64,000 bases of DNA from an uncultured Planctomycetota bacterium. Its GTDB lineage: Bacteria; Planctomycetota; Phycisphaerae; Sedimentisphaerales; Anaerobacaceae. This document shows positions 1 through 12,116 of this stretch, piece after piece (the stretch's first letter is position 1; every line of letters begins with the position of its first letter). The notes below the pieces were generated by a model that searched no databases, had not been told where the DNA came from, and was given only the letters and a program-made list of their open reading frames with translations. The position numbers and the translations under genes were made by a program. The stretch covers positions 163,400 to 227,399 of the forward strand of contig CAVVRJ010000016.1 of NCBI GenBank assembly GCA_963750205.1, in the 5' to 3' direction.

Positions 1-35
1 GATTGCTTCGTCGCTGCGCTCCTCGCAATGACATG
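1..35. repeat. right arm of the GATTGCTTCGTCGCTGCG-CTCGCAATGACAT element (truncated by window edge)
   Basis: gattgcttcgtcgctgcgctcctcgcaatgacat matches 10705..10734 almost exactly. Confidence 0.55.
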
Positions 36-80
36 TGGATGTTCATTCTCTTAAAGGCGCTGAGATTCATAGCCACTCCT

Positions 81-1705
<1,625 letters not shown>

Positions 1706-1747
1706 AAGTCGAACTACGGCAACGCCGTGACGGTTAAGTGAGCCGGG

Positions 1748-4112
1748 CTACTCCTGCACGTAGAACACGGACGTAAGCGGCGGGAGAGCCAGGCGAGTAG
1801 TCGTTACGGGCTGACCGGCGGTCTCCGAAGTCGTGACGTCCGCCTTCTTCTGTTGGCCCGTGTGGGGGTCCCAGAGGGCCAGGTTCTTGCTGCCCCGCAG
1901 GACGACCGTGGCATCGACGGCGGCATCGGTGGAATTGGCGAAGAAGTAGATGTCGCGGCCGCTCTTGACTTTGTGGATGTAGGTCAACGCTCCGGCGTAA
2001 GACCGGTTCATCGGCACCGGCCATAGCCAGGGCGTCTGGACATCGACATCACGCACGGGCAAGGCCTCTTTCAGCACCGCGTCCACCATCTTCGGTTCCG
2101 GCCGAGGCAGGAAATAGGCCTTGCCGCCCGCCTGGTTGGGATGGGCGAAGAAGGTCTTGAAATCATCGGTGAAGGCGCGGATCGACGCGGTCATCGGGCC
2201 GTAAGCGGGAATGCCGAACACCTCGCCGACGATCTGCTGGACTTGCTTATCCTGCTTGAACTCGGCGGATCGGGTCGGCAGCTTGCTGGTGGCGATGACC
2301 GTTCCGCCGGCGCGGTAGAAAGTCGAGGATCTTCTGGGCCGTGGCGACGGAGATCGTGTTGCCGCCTGGGACGATCAGGACGCGGAACTCTTCGCGGTTC
2401 TCCTTGTTGTCGAGAATCAGCTTGTTGCCGGCGACGAGGCACTTGCTCTCCAGGATTTCGGGGTGCAGGTAGGTGAAGTCGATGCGCATGCCGCGAAACA
2501 GCATCTCGCCCAGATCCATGTAATCGTTCTCCGGGGCCAGGATGCCGCCTTCCAGGGCATAGTAGAAGCCGGGCTCGCCGCGACCGCGACTGCCGCCGGT
2601 GACGCGGCTCGACCGCCACGGGCTGCGCGAAAGCGTAGTCGGCCTGCAGGGCCGCGATGGGGTAGAGGATGGCGATATCCGCCACGTGCCGGCCGTGACG
2701 CAGCAGGTACTCCATCCGGCCGACGTAGCGGCCCATTTCCGCCGTGGCCGTGTCGCCGGGGCGACCGCCGATCTGGAGATTGACGCCCATGGCGTGCTGG
2801 TCCATCGCCGTGCGGTACACCCACTTGGCGGTCCGGTACTCCGGCTGGTAGGCGGCGTAGGTCTCGGCCATCATCAGGGGCCGGTCATAGTTGTACGCCG
2901 CCGAGGTGACGACCTTGTACGAGACGTTGGAGCGCCCCGTGAACCAGATGTCGTCAATGCCGGGGATTTGCTGGTGCTTGAAGATCTTCATCAGATCGCC
3001 CTGCGTCCCGACGGGATTACGCGACTCCTCCTGGTCCAAGTGGCCCGACATGGCGATGCCGTGCTTCTGGCACCAGGCGGCGATCCGGCCGATGAAGTTC
3101 TCCGCATACAGCTCCGTACGGAAGCCGTACAACGCATTGCGGGCCGCCGCGGTTTCGGGGCCGATGTCGTACCACAGGGCCGGATAGTATTTCATCGGGG
3201 AGTAGCCGAACTTCTTCTCAAAGGCGTCATTGTAGCCGGCGGTCCAGAGCCGGCCGCTGACGGCGTTGTGCAGCGACGGCTCGTCGTAGAACGACATCTT
3301 GATGACCTTCCCGAAATACTCCTTGAGATGGCCGTAATACTGGTCGTACATGACCTCGATCAACTCATCGACGGCCTTGGGATCGAGATAGTCGCAGATG
3401 CCCCGTCGGCGGGCCGGGTCGAGATAGAACACCATGACCTTCCAATTGCCGGCCGGGACCTGGCACGTGAATGTCGCCTTGTCCCGGCTGGTCTGGCCGC
3501 TGACATCGACACATTCGAGCGTGTCGAGGTTCATCATCGCGTGTGCCAATGTAGATCCCGTTGGCGATAGGCAGCGCCAGCTCCGCCTGCGCGGGCCCCG
3601 TCACATCCTTTTCGACTTTCTCCAAGCTCTTCTCGGCGTCATTGGGATACTTCGCATAGAACAGGCCCGCCCGCCATGCCGGTCGGGAACTGCTGCTCGT
3701 CATAGAGCACGTCCATCGGGAGATTGTTCTTCAATCCTTCCTCAATCGCCACTTTGTAGAGCCGGAAGAACTCCTCGTTGAGGTACGTGACGGGTGTGCC
3801 GCCGCTCGCCGCGCCGCTACCGCCTCCCCTGCCGCCGAACCCGCCGGAGGGCGTTATCATGAAGCCGCCGTAGGAGTCACTCTTAACAGCCTGCTGCACC
3901 ATCGCCCGGACGCGTTCTTCGTTCAGAGAGCCCAGGTTGAAGGTGAACCAGGCATGGCCCCGGTACTGGCGAGGCGGGTCCTTGAAGGCGGCATAATCGA
4001 CCGGGCCGCCGTTCGGGTCATTGGCCGCGATGGTCCCTACCTGATTTTGGGCCCCGGCGCTCAACGCCAGAGCCAGAATGAACACACCCAGAGATTTGTC
4101 TGCCCGACCCAT
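1748..4112 (-). pseudogene. secreted glycoside hydrolase (family not assigned), about 790 aa, split over >=4 frames
   Basis: Fragments 3639..4112 (signal peptide MGRADKSLGVFILALALSAGAQ, YDEQQFPTGMAGG), 3365..3703, 2191..3549 (FYDEPSLH, MAETYAAYQ, GHLDQEE), 2247..2519 and 1748..2221 are colinear on the minus strand and read as one protein when the frame is switched. Confidence 0.45.
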
Positions 4113-4141
4113 GGCCGACCATCCTTTCCGAATTCATCGAT

Positions 4142-5454
4142 TCACGGCTGCAGGTGCATCTGCATGAATTTCAGGAACACGGGCCAGTCCGCCGGAGCGG
4201 AGCCGTGGCCGCCCGGGTGCATATAGAAGCCGATCGTGTGCAGGATGGGCTCTCCGGCGGGAGGCATCTTATCCGTGTCCAGCCCCTGTTTGCCGAGCAA
4301 TTTGTAGACCGGTCCGGCGGCGACCGCGGCCAGGAACTCGCCATAGGGGTCCGACCATTTATCGGTGTAGCCCGTTTGGAGTAGCACCGGGCGCGGTGCG
4401 ATCAGGGCGATGAGCAGGTGCGCATCGACGGGGAACTCGTTGACCTTGTCCGCCCATTTCGCGTAGTTGCGCAGAATTGATACGGGAAACGCGTCGGGGC
4501 GACCAGATGCTTGATGGTCTCGCCGTAGTTGCGCCGGCTCAGGGCCGCGCCGCCCTCGCCGGAACAACTGGCAATCACCAGGGCGACGCGCGTGTCGTGG
4601 GCCCCCGCCCACAGCACGGTCTTGCCCAGCCGGGACACACCCATGATAGCGATCCGTTTGGCATCCACGTCCTTGTCCGTCTCGAAGTAATCGATCGCCC
4701 GGCTCAAGCCCCAGGCCCAGGCGGCAATGGAACCCCACTCGTCCGGCGCGGGCCCCGTCTGCCCCTCTTTCAGATATAGCTTCCGCACACCATAGGCGAC
4801 CGCCCCAAGAGCATCCGGATCGACGTCGGTATAGTTGAAAGTGGCGATGCCGAACCCCTTCTCCAGCACGGGCAGCACGTTCAAGCCCCCGAAGCCAGGT
4901 CGGGTCGCCGGCACTCTCCGGTTCTGCTTGCGGTCCCACGTGGTCCCGACCTTCACGTTGGGATCGTTCACCGCTGTATTGTTCGCGCCGAAACCCAGAT
5001 TCAGCAACAGCGGTACCGGTTTGCCGGCGCCGGCGGGCAGATAGACCAGCAGGTCCATCTTGGGACCGGCCTTATCCTTCGAGAAATAGATCGTCACTTG
5101 CCGGCGGGTGGCCTTGCCCTGGAAGGCCGGTGTCGCCTTCTCGAACACCTCGAAAGTCATGTCGGCAGGACGGCCCGGGCTGCGGCCGTACTGATTCTCC
5201 TCGAACAGTCTGACGATCTCCGGCCGGCGCTTCTCGAACCACGTGGCGGCGTCGCGCACCGGCGTGCCGTCGGCGAGTTTCAGCACCTCCGGCAGCGTAT
5301 ACTGCCCCACCTTCGCCTCCGTGTAGTTGACAGGAATGTTCGCGACGCTGGCGTCGGGCGAGTCAGCGATTTGGGCTTGGACGGCGTTACTCACGGACAA
5401 GAGGATCAGACAGCAACCGGCGGCTTTCATTTTATCTACCCTTCCAGAAGACAC
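4142..5454 (-). CDS. CE15-like glucuronoyl esterase / acetyl-xylan-esterase-like serine hydrolase (one apparent frameshift near 4500)
   Basis: ORF 4402..5454 has a signal peptide (MKAAGCCLILLSVSNAVQAQ) and a G-V-S-R-L-G nucleophile-elbow motif resembling the CE15 G-C-S-R-x-G. The C-terminus continues in ORF 4142..4939 (HPGGHG...). Confidence 0.45.
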
Positions 5455-5563
5455 GTTCGCTGACGGATTATAGCACCAAATCCTGCCAAATGAGCAATTT
5501 CCTTAGTTTGTTCGCGTCCCGAGCATATCAGATGTTGCAATTATGTGACTTTCCGCTATAATA

Positions 5564-6190
5564 ATGATGGAGTCTGCGGGTGCGATCCGCGTGGGAGTGT
5601 GTATCTCCCACTTGGCAGGCGGGGGTTGCTTTTGGTTGGGGCAACCGGTAGTGACAGAGGTTCAAGGAAATGCAAGGCCGGGCAGCGACGTGGTTGAAGC
5701 TGCGGCCGGGATTTTCGCCGAATACGGCGGTTTCATCCGTGCTGTCGTTGGTTTTCAGGCCCACAACAAGTCCGAGGAAGAGGATATCTTCCAAGCGTTC
5801 TTCCTCACCCTGATTCGTCGGCCCGTGCCGATAGACGTGCAGAACATCAAGAGCTATCTCTACCAGGCAATCACCAACCACATTCGAGATTTCGTGCGGC
5901 GACGAGCGAGGTACTGCGCCGCGGTGAAAAAATATGCGAGAGAAATCAGAATTCCCATCAACAATTGCCCGGCGGAAAACGTCTTAATAGAGGATACGGA
6001 GGAGAAAAACGCGATCATTGTCTCCTTCGCCCGGCACTTGCAGCAGCGGCAGGCCCAGGCCTTCTTGTTGCGGTATCGGGATCATTTCAGCATTCGCGAG
6101 ATCGCGGTGAAAATGGGCGTGAAAGGAAGGACAGTCAGCCGGTACTTGTCGGACAGTATCCGGACGCTCCGTAAGGTGCTGGCCACTTGA
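5564..6190 (+). CDS. ECF-type RNA polymerase sigma-70 family factor
   Basis: Sigma region 2 (FQAFFLTLIRRPVPIDVQNIKSYLYQAITNHIRDFVRRR) and region 4 HTH (FLLRYRDHFSIREIAVKMGVKGRTVSRYLSDSIRTLRK). The true start is probably an internal or alternative codon downstream of 5564. Confidence 0.7.
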   Translation: MMESAGAIRVGVCISHLAGGGCFWLGQPVVTEVQGNARPGSDVVEAAAGIFAEYGGFIRAVVGFQAHNKSEEEDIFQAFFLTLIRRPVPIDVQNIKSYLYQAITNHIRDFVRRRARYCAAVKKYAREIRIPINNCPAENVLIEDTEEKNAIIVSFARHLQQRQAQAFLLRYRDHFSIREIAVKMGVKGRTVSRYLSDSIRTLRKVLAT

Positions 6191-6202
6191 TGAGGGACGT
6201 CA

Positions 6203-7777
6203 ATGAGAGCCGATGAGGGAAACCGCCTGTGCCGGGAGGCGGAGGTTCATTATTACGATCTGCTCGGCCCGGATGAGGCAGCCGTGCCGGAGTCGATTTG
6301 TCGGCACGTAGCGGCTTGCCCTGCGTGCCAGGAGCAGATGCGCCGCCTGCGCGAAGCCCTGTTTGAGGCGGAGCGCTCGCGGGACGGTACTTGTTCTGGA
6401 GATGACGAGACCATCGAGGCCTTGGCCCAGCAGTTCCAACTGCTGGAGGAGTACGTCACGTGCGCCGAGGTCAAGCCCTTCCTCCCGAAGCTGGCACTGC
6501 CCGCACTGCAGATTCGGATTCCCACGCCGGTGACGGTCCATGTGGATCATTGCCCGCGCTGCGCCAAGGATTTGGTGGCGCTCCGGGCACTGGACCTCAC
6601 CACCGACCAGTTGCAGCGGCTCAGCCGGTTCTTCGCGTCAGGTAGTCGTGAGGATGTCCTTGGGGTCGAGAGCTTCCCTCTGGTCGAGAGTACCGATATT
6701 ACTTGCCGTGACGTATCCCGGGCCGATCTCTTCGATGCCGTGGTCCCCTATGGGGCGCCGCCGGACGACAGGCACCGAGCCATTATCTCGCACGTTCGTA
6801 CCTGCCGCACGTGCCGGAAGATGGCCCAAACGTTGCGGCAGCGGATCTGGGCTATCCTGGAGCGAGCGGATTCCGGGACAAGCACTATTTACCATGCCAA
6901 AGGTGACATCGAACACACTCCGGGGGAGGTCGAGAGCCCTTATCCGTACCCGATCGATGTGGAAGTTCAGCACGGCGCATCGACCTGTGGCGCCGGTCCG
7001 AGCGCGAGGGAAGAGAGAAGACACGCCCTTGCTTCCGCCGAGCGCAAAGACTTCCTCGCAAGAGCAACGAACGAGGGAACCGCAGAAGGTCCCCTTCTCG
7101 TCACGAGGCACCGGTCCCGAGCGGCGCTCGTGGCCGTGGGCTTGGCCGCCCTGCTGCTGCTGCGGTGGGCCAACACGCCCACGGCGTTCGGGACCGGCAT
7201 CGGCGACCTGCTCAAGCCCCTGGCCGGGGTCCGTAGCGTTCATGTCGTCAGCACGTACCGAAACAATGAGCGGCCGATCCAGCAGTTTTGGATCGCGTAT
7301 CATTCGAACAGACTGGTGGTGAACGGGGAGGAGCATTTCGACCTGTACGATCTCAACCACAATTGCGTGAGGAAGACGGAGCGGGGGATGAGGGCCGGTC
7401 CGCCCGTCAGACTGAGCAAGGCCCAGTGGGATGGGGCCAGAAGCCTCGTGAGCAACTACCTGCGGGATGTGATGACGTGCGTCTCCCCCGATACCAAACT
7501 GTCTCCGCCGATGGTCAATCCGGGCCGCGAGACGGCACAGAACCTCGCTGTCTATGAGACAAACTCGCTGTCGCGCACTGCGAGCCCATCTCTGCACAAC
7601 AAACGACGAGTGTATGTCGACCCGGCGACGGGATTGCCCCAAAGAACGGAAATCTACCGAGAGATACGCGACAAGACCGGCGGAACGTTCTGGGATCTCC
7701 TGACGACAACGGTATTTACATATCCCACCGAACTGGAAATGGATCGGGAGATTGCGACGATGTTTCCGGCCCAGTGA
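6203..7777 (+). CDS. anti-sigma factor, zf-HC2 type, single-pass membrane protein with large C-terminal extracytoplasmic domain
   Basis: Lies immediately downstream of the ECF sigma gene. Three H-x3-C-x2-C motifs (HVAACPACQEQM, HCPRCAKDL, HVRTCRTCRKM). Hydrophobic TM segment AALVAVGLAALLLLRW near residue 310. Confidence 0.6.
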   Translation: MRADEGNRLCREAEVHYYDLLGPDEAAVPESICRHVAACPACQEQMRRLREALFEAERSRDGTCSGDDETIEALAQQFQLLEEYVTCAEVKPFLPKLALPALQIRIPTPVTVHVDHCPRCAKDLVALRALDLTTDQLQRLSRFFASGSREDVLGVESFPLVESTDITCRDVSRADLFDAVVPYGAPPDDRHRAIISHVRTCRTCRKMAQTLRQRIWAILERADSGTSTIYHAKGDIEHTPGEVESPYPYPIDVEVQHGASTCGAGPSAREERRHALASAERKDFLARATNEGTAEGPLLVTRHRSRAALVAVGLAALLLLRWANTPTAFGTGIGDLLKPLAGVRSVHVVSTYRNNERPIQQFWIAYHSNRLVVNGEEHFDLYDLNHNCVRKTERGMRAGPPVRLSKAQWDGARSLVSNYLRDVMTCVSPDTKLSPPMVNPGRETAQNLAVYETNSLSRTASPSLHNKRRVYVDPATGLPQRTEIYREIRDKTGGTFWDLLTTTVFTYPTELEMDREIATMFPAQ

Positions 7778-8276
7778 CGATTACGCTCCGCCCCTCCGAA
7801 CGGCCGAACGCTTGCGCGTAGCCGTCACAATGGATGTGGACCATGGCCTTGGAGGCCGCGTCAAATACGACCACGACCATACCGCAGCCGCCATCGCACA
7901 CCCATGGGAATCCCACGTCCTTGTGCCCCTGACGAGGAGCAAAATGCAGTAGCGCTCGATCCCCTCCCATGCGATCCCAGCGGCCCCCCGAGCGAACACG
8001 AGGCCTTCCCAAGACTTCAACGGCCGATTTTATCGGACCCGCACCGAGATATCCTCTTCCTTCCTCTGGAATCACGTCACGGAGGGACGGAAGACGTCTG
8101 GCGCGGCTGGAAATCGTCGCAATGATTATCGGCCCAAGTGAAGAAAGGTTGCAGCCTTCTGCGCCCCAACCCGGTTTCGCCTTGACCAGCTTAAGGCAAT
8201 GACCCCACGTAGGCTTCTCGATGCACGTATGGGCCGGCGCGAAGAACACACACGCTTCACAGAGTTGCTGGCTCAT
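7716..8276 (-). CDS. hypothetical Cys/His-rich small protein (doubtful)
   Basis: The ORF sits in a lower-GC intergenic stretch. The N-terminus MSQQLCEACVFFAPAHTCIEKPTWGHCLKL is Cys/His rich, and there is no recognisable family. Confidence 0.15.
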   Translation of the reverse strand: MSQQLCEACVFFAPAHTCIEKPTWGHCLKLVKAKPGWGAEGCNLSSLGPIIIATISSRARRLPSLRDVIPEEGRGYLGAGPIKSAVEVLGRPRVRSGGRWDRMGGDRALLHFAPRQGHKDVGFPWVCDGGCGMVVVVFDAASKAMVHIHCDGYAQAFGRSEGRSVIVTGPETSSQSPDPFPVRWDM

Positions 8277-8497
8277 CCCGGTCAGTCTCCTACTCGAATT
8301 CTACGCTTGAACGCCAAGTTTCCGTTCGTCAACGACACCGGGTTTCCCGGTTCTGGCTGCGAATCTTCCCTTTCTTTTAGTAAGGCGATTCTCGACGCCT
8401 CACTGTTGATAGAGAAATGGAGCAAGCCTCAAGCAAATCCTCCAGGCGGTCGATGAAAGAGGACGCGGAGACCAAGAAGGGTTTCGATTCTTAACGA

Positions 8498-9238
8498 GTG
8501 TCCCTGGGCATCGGGGTGGATATGGGGCTCAAGACTTTGTACGCGAGAAGCGTGGTCACCACCACGACCCTCCGCGATTTCGAGATCGAGGGGGCCGCCG
8601 AAGTGGGCGAATGCACCGGGGCGCAGTCCTTTCGCGCCACCCGTCAGCGTGACGCCCAGCCGGTCCTGCTGCACAAGTTCCGGCCGGCCGAGTCTCTGCT
8701 CGAATTGGGACCGCTGGTCACCCATGAAGAGCCGCCCGATTTCACGAAGTCGTTCGTCACTCACTTCACTGACCTGTTCGTCGTCGCCGGCAGCGCCTAC
8801 CTGGTCGAGCCGCTGCCGCCCTGCTTTGCCTTGCGCGATCTGTGGCGGTACGTGCTGCAGAAGCGGCCCGACCAGGCGTATACCGTGATCGCCCTGGTGA
8901 TGCGCCAACTGCTTGCCATTCTCCGGCGGCTCACACGGCAGAGCCGCTACCACGGCGCCTTGAGCCTCGGGAACATCGTGCTGGCGCCGACGGCCCGTTT
9001 CGGCATCCTGGCCGGGCATCTGGCCTGCCAGGACGGCCGGCTCTGGCTCCGCAAAGACCCCGCAAGCCCTGTAGAGCCTGACTCTCATGCTCTCGCCGAC
9101 CTCTTGGGCACACTGCTCGACATCGAGGCCGAGGTCGCCACTCTCCAGAACGTGCCCACGCTCCTGCCCGCGGAGGCTCGCCACCGGATTCACGAGCTGC
9201 GGCGGGCCGTCCTGCAGGCCACGGCACAGACGATATAG
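8498..9238 (+). CDS. hypothetical protein with degenerate protein-kinase-like fold (pseudokinase-like)
   Basis: Diverse amino-acid composition, unlike the Arg/Gly-rich antisense ORF 8429..9331. Weak kinase-like landmarks: FEIEGAAEVGECTGAQSF (Gly-loop-like), VLLHKF, and VMRQLLAILRRL...YHGALSLGNIVLA (catalytic-loop-like with HRD replaced). Confidence 0.4.
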   Translation: MSLGIGVDMGLKTLYARSVVTTTTLRDFEIEGAAEVGECTGAQSFRATRQRDAQPVLLHKFRPAESLLELGPLVTHEEPPDFTKSFVTHFTDLFVVAGSAYLVEPLPPCFALRDLWRYVLQKRPDQAYTVIALVMRQLLAILRRLTRQSRYHGALSLGNIVLAPTARFGILAGHLACQDGRLWLRKDPASPVEPDSHALADLLGTLLDIEAEVATLQNVPTLLPAEARHRIHELRRAVLQATAQTI

Positions 9239-9457
9239 AATCACCAGCGACGCTCTTCGAACGACGGCCTTCCAAGGCAGCCCCAGGCCCAATTGGTCAG
9301 GCGGAATTCCCGACGAAGCTCTTTGAGCCAACGGGCCTGGACGTTACAATGGGCCTTTCGGCGCCGGAATCGAGGAAGCACGGTCAAACGAGTTTGGCTG
9401 TGCCACCCGTTTCGAGATGGACTGGCGCGGACGGGGTCTTGTACCACAGGATAGGAC

Positions 9458-10643
9458 ATGAAGACTTACGAACAGATCAACGATCGGATCGAGTCGGGCA
9501 AGGCCGTCGTGCTAACCGCCGACGAGATCATGGATTACGTCGATAAGAAGGGCGTGGCGGCGGCCGCGAAGGAGGTGGACGTGGTCACGACCGCCACCTT
9601 CGGGCCGATGTGCTCGTCAGGCTGCTTCCTGAACTTCGGGCACTCCAAGCCGCGGATTCGCATGTCGGAGGCGTGGGTCGAGGACGTCCTCGTCTACGCG
9701 GGCGTCGCGGCGGTGGACGTCTACCTCGGGGCGACGCAACTACGCCACGCCGACCCGGCGAACATGTACTATCCGGGCGAGTTCCGCTACGGCGGCGGCC
9801 ACGTCATCGAGGACCTCGTCGCGGGCAAGACGCTCCAGCTCTTTGCCCTCTCCTACGGGACGGACGAGTACCCGCGCCGCGAGATCCGCACGTACTTCAC
9901 GATCCAGGACCTCAACCAGGCGATCATGGTCAACCCGCGGAACTGCTACCAGAACTACAACGTGGCGATCAACGACTCGGACCGGACGATCTACACGTAT
10001 CTGGGCATCCTGGAGCCCCGCCGCAAGAACGCGACCTACTGCTCCGCCGGCCAGTTGTCGCCGCTGCTTGAACGATCCCTACTACGAGACCATCGGCGTG
10101 GGGACGCGCGTCTGGCTGGCGGGGGCCCAGGGGCACGTCTACGCCGAGGGGACCCAGCACGCCGGCGACTGCGAGCGGACCCCCAACGGCGTGCCGAAGG
10201 AAGGGGCGGGGACCTTGGCCCTGACCGCCGACATGAAGCAGATGCGGCCCGAGTTCGTCCGGGGCGTGAGCCTGCGCGGCTACGGCGTGTCGCTGGCCCT
10301 GGGCGTCGGCGTGCCCATCCCGATTCTCAATGAGCAGGTCCTCCAGCGCACCTGCATCCGGGACCGGGATATCCTCGCGCCCGTGACCGACTATAGCCAC
10401 GACTATCCCGAGAAGACCGGCCGGGTGATCCGCTACGCCAATTATGAGGAGCTGCGCAGCGGCCAGATCGACGTCGAGGGCAAGAAAGTCGAGGTCGGCT
10501 CGATGTCGTCCTACTACAAGGCCCTGGAGATCGCCAACCTGCTGGCCGACGAGATTCGCCGGGGCGATTTTCTGGTGAGCCGGCCGATCGCTCCGCTGCC
10601 CCGCAATACGAAAATGAAACCGTTGGTGATCAGAGAGAAGTGA
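9458..10643 (+). CDS. homocysteine biosynthesis protein, COG1900/DUF39 (L-aspartate-semialdehyde sulfurtransferase-like); one apparent frameshift near 10070
   Basis: N-terminus MKTYEQINDRIESGKAVVLTADEIMDYV...TATFGPMCSSGCFLNFGH in ORF 9458..10333 continues as NDPYYETIGVGTRVWLAGAQGHVY... in ORF 9843..10643. It is followed by a NIL-ferredoxin gene, which is the typical partner. Confidence 0.65.
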
Positions 10644-10658
10644 GAAGTCTCAGGCATG

Positions 10659-10734
10659 CCATTGCGAGCGAAGCGAAGCAATCTCCCCTGCCGAGGATTG
10701 AGATTGCTTCGTCGCTGCGTCCTCGCAATGACAT
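10659..10734. repeat. ~76-nt imperfect palindromic element (family GGATTGAGATTGCTTCGTCGCTGCGTCCTCGCAATGACAT)
   Basis: ccattgcgagcgaagcgaagcaatctc ...loop... gagattgcttcgtcgctgcgtcctcgcaatgacat. Lies 16 nt after the COG1900 gene stop. The right arm recurs at 1..35 and 47666..47727. Confidence 0.65.
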
Positions 10735-10737
10735 TCC

Positions 10738-11181
10738 TTGGACCCCTTTGGGAAACCTGATATGAGTCCGACCGTAACGAAGAAACTGATGCTTTTCTTC
10801 CCGAAATGCGAGTGTGAGAAACCGATCATTTATCACCTGGTGAAGGACCACAACCTCATCGTGAACGTCTACCGGGCGAGGGTGACGCCGGAGGAAGAGG
10901 GCTACCTGGTTCTGGACGTGACGGGAACGGAGCAGGACATCGAGGGGGCGATGGACTTCGTGCGGACCTTCAACGTCACGATCAACACCACCGGCAAAGG
11001 CGTGACGTGGGACGAGCATCGCTGCACGCATTGCGGCCAGTGCCTCCCCCGCTGCCCGACCGAGGCCCTGCACTTCGCCGACGCGGGCACGCGCCGGGTG
11101 GTCTTCGACGAAGCGGAATGCATCGAGTGCCTGGCGTGCATCCGGGTCTGCCCCTTCAGCGCCTGCGCCTCGGCCTTTTGA
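10738..11181 (+). CDS. NIL-domain / 2x[4Fe-4S] ferredoxin partner of COG1900
   Basis: The N-terminal NIL-like domain is followed by CTHCGQCLPRCP and CIECLACIRVCP cysteine clusters. Confidence 0.65.
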   Translation: MDPFGKPDMSPTVTKKLMLFFPKCECEKPIIYHLVKDHNLIVNVYRARVTPEEEGYLVLDVTGTEQDIEGAMDFVRTFNVTINTTGKGVTWDEHRCTHCGQCLPRCPTEALHFADAGTRRVVFDEAECIECLACIRVCPFSACASAF

Positions 11182-11323
11182 TCCGGACCTGTCATGCGTG
11201 TGTCTTGTCATCCCTTCGGCAAGCTCGGGGCAGGCTCTGAACGGAGCGAAGCGCAGGGAAGGATCTGGCACGCGTATTTAAAACTCCTCCCATTCGCCGG
11301 CCAGATCCTTCGCTGCGCTCAGG

Positions 11324-12046
11324 ATGACAGAACACGACCCTATGACTGACACTCGCAGACGAACCTACCGCACCTTCACGCATCACGAAGCGGTCCTCCG
11401 CGTCTGCTGCGACCAGTTCGACGTGGTCGTGGCGGAGATCGTCCGCCAGCGGCGGATTCTCGAAGAGTACATCGCGCGCCAGCCCGAGTTCAAAACCGCG
11501 TTCGTGCCACTCGACTTGCGGGCCGATGCGCCGGAAGTGGCCCGGCGCATGGCTTGGGCGGCCCGGAGAGCCAATGTCGGTCCGATGGCCGCAGTCGCCG
11601 GCGCGATGGCGCAGCTCGCCGCGGAGGCCGCTCTGGCCGCCGGGGCCGAAGAGGCCATCGTGGATAACGGCGGCGATATCTATCTCAAAGCCGTCGAGCC
11701 GGTGATCGTCGCTCTCGGCACGGGCACCGCCAGGTTGGCCGACCGGCTGGCCTTTTCGGTCGAGCCGCAGGAGACGCCGGTCTCGATCTGCTCCTCCTCG
11801 GGCAAGATGGGTCACTCGTGGAGTTTCGGCCTGTGCGACCTGGCGACGATCGTCGCGAAGGACGCCGCCCTGGCCGACGCCGCCGCCACGCAGGCCGGGA
11901 ACCTCGTCAAGACCATCCGCGACGTGGACGCCGCCCTGGAGCGGATCATCGCCATTGACGGAGTGGACGGCGTCATGCTCGTCAAAGACGACCGCGTCGG
12001 CCTCGCCGGCCACCTGCCCCGCTTGGTCAAGACCGCCGGTTTTTGA
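11324..12046 (+). CDS. UPF0280 family (ApbE-like) protein
   Basis: A 240-aa protein with IVDNGGDIY and SSSGKMGHSWSFGLCDLATIVAKDAALADAAATQAGN motifs typical of UPF0280. The antisense 297-aa ORF is Arg/Gly-rich shadow. Confidence 0.5.
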   Translation: MTEHDPMTDTRRRTYRTFTHHEAVLRVCCDQFDVVVAEIVRQRRILEEYIARQPEFKTAFVPLDLRADAPEVARRMAWAARRANVGPMAAVAGAMAQLAAEAALAAGAEEAIVDNGGDIYLKAVEPVIVALGTGTARLADRLAFSVEPQETPVSICSSSGKMGHSWSFGLCDLATIVAKDAALADAAATQAGNLVKTIRDVDAALERIIAIDGVDGVMLVKDDRVGLAGHLPRLVKTAGF

Positions 12047-12116
12047 CTTGGCGATCCGTCTCCCTTGCGTTATTCTCGGGCACACATGGTGAGAGCATAT
12101 TCGTCGTGGTTCTGCT

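Noticed and set aside
6638-7642. 334-aa minus-strand ORF
   Set aside because: Antisense to the anti-sigma factor gene and Arg/Gly/Pro-rich.
8280-8460. tRNA or other small RNA gene in the lower-GC gap (a GGTTC...GAATC-like string at about 8345)
   Set aside because: No cloverleaf could be built. The T-loop-like string lacks the flanking stems, and no acceptor or anticodon arms are evident.
8429-9331. 300-aa minus-strand ORF
   Set aside because: Overlaps the more protein-like plus-strand ORF 8498..9238 and is low complexity.
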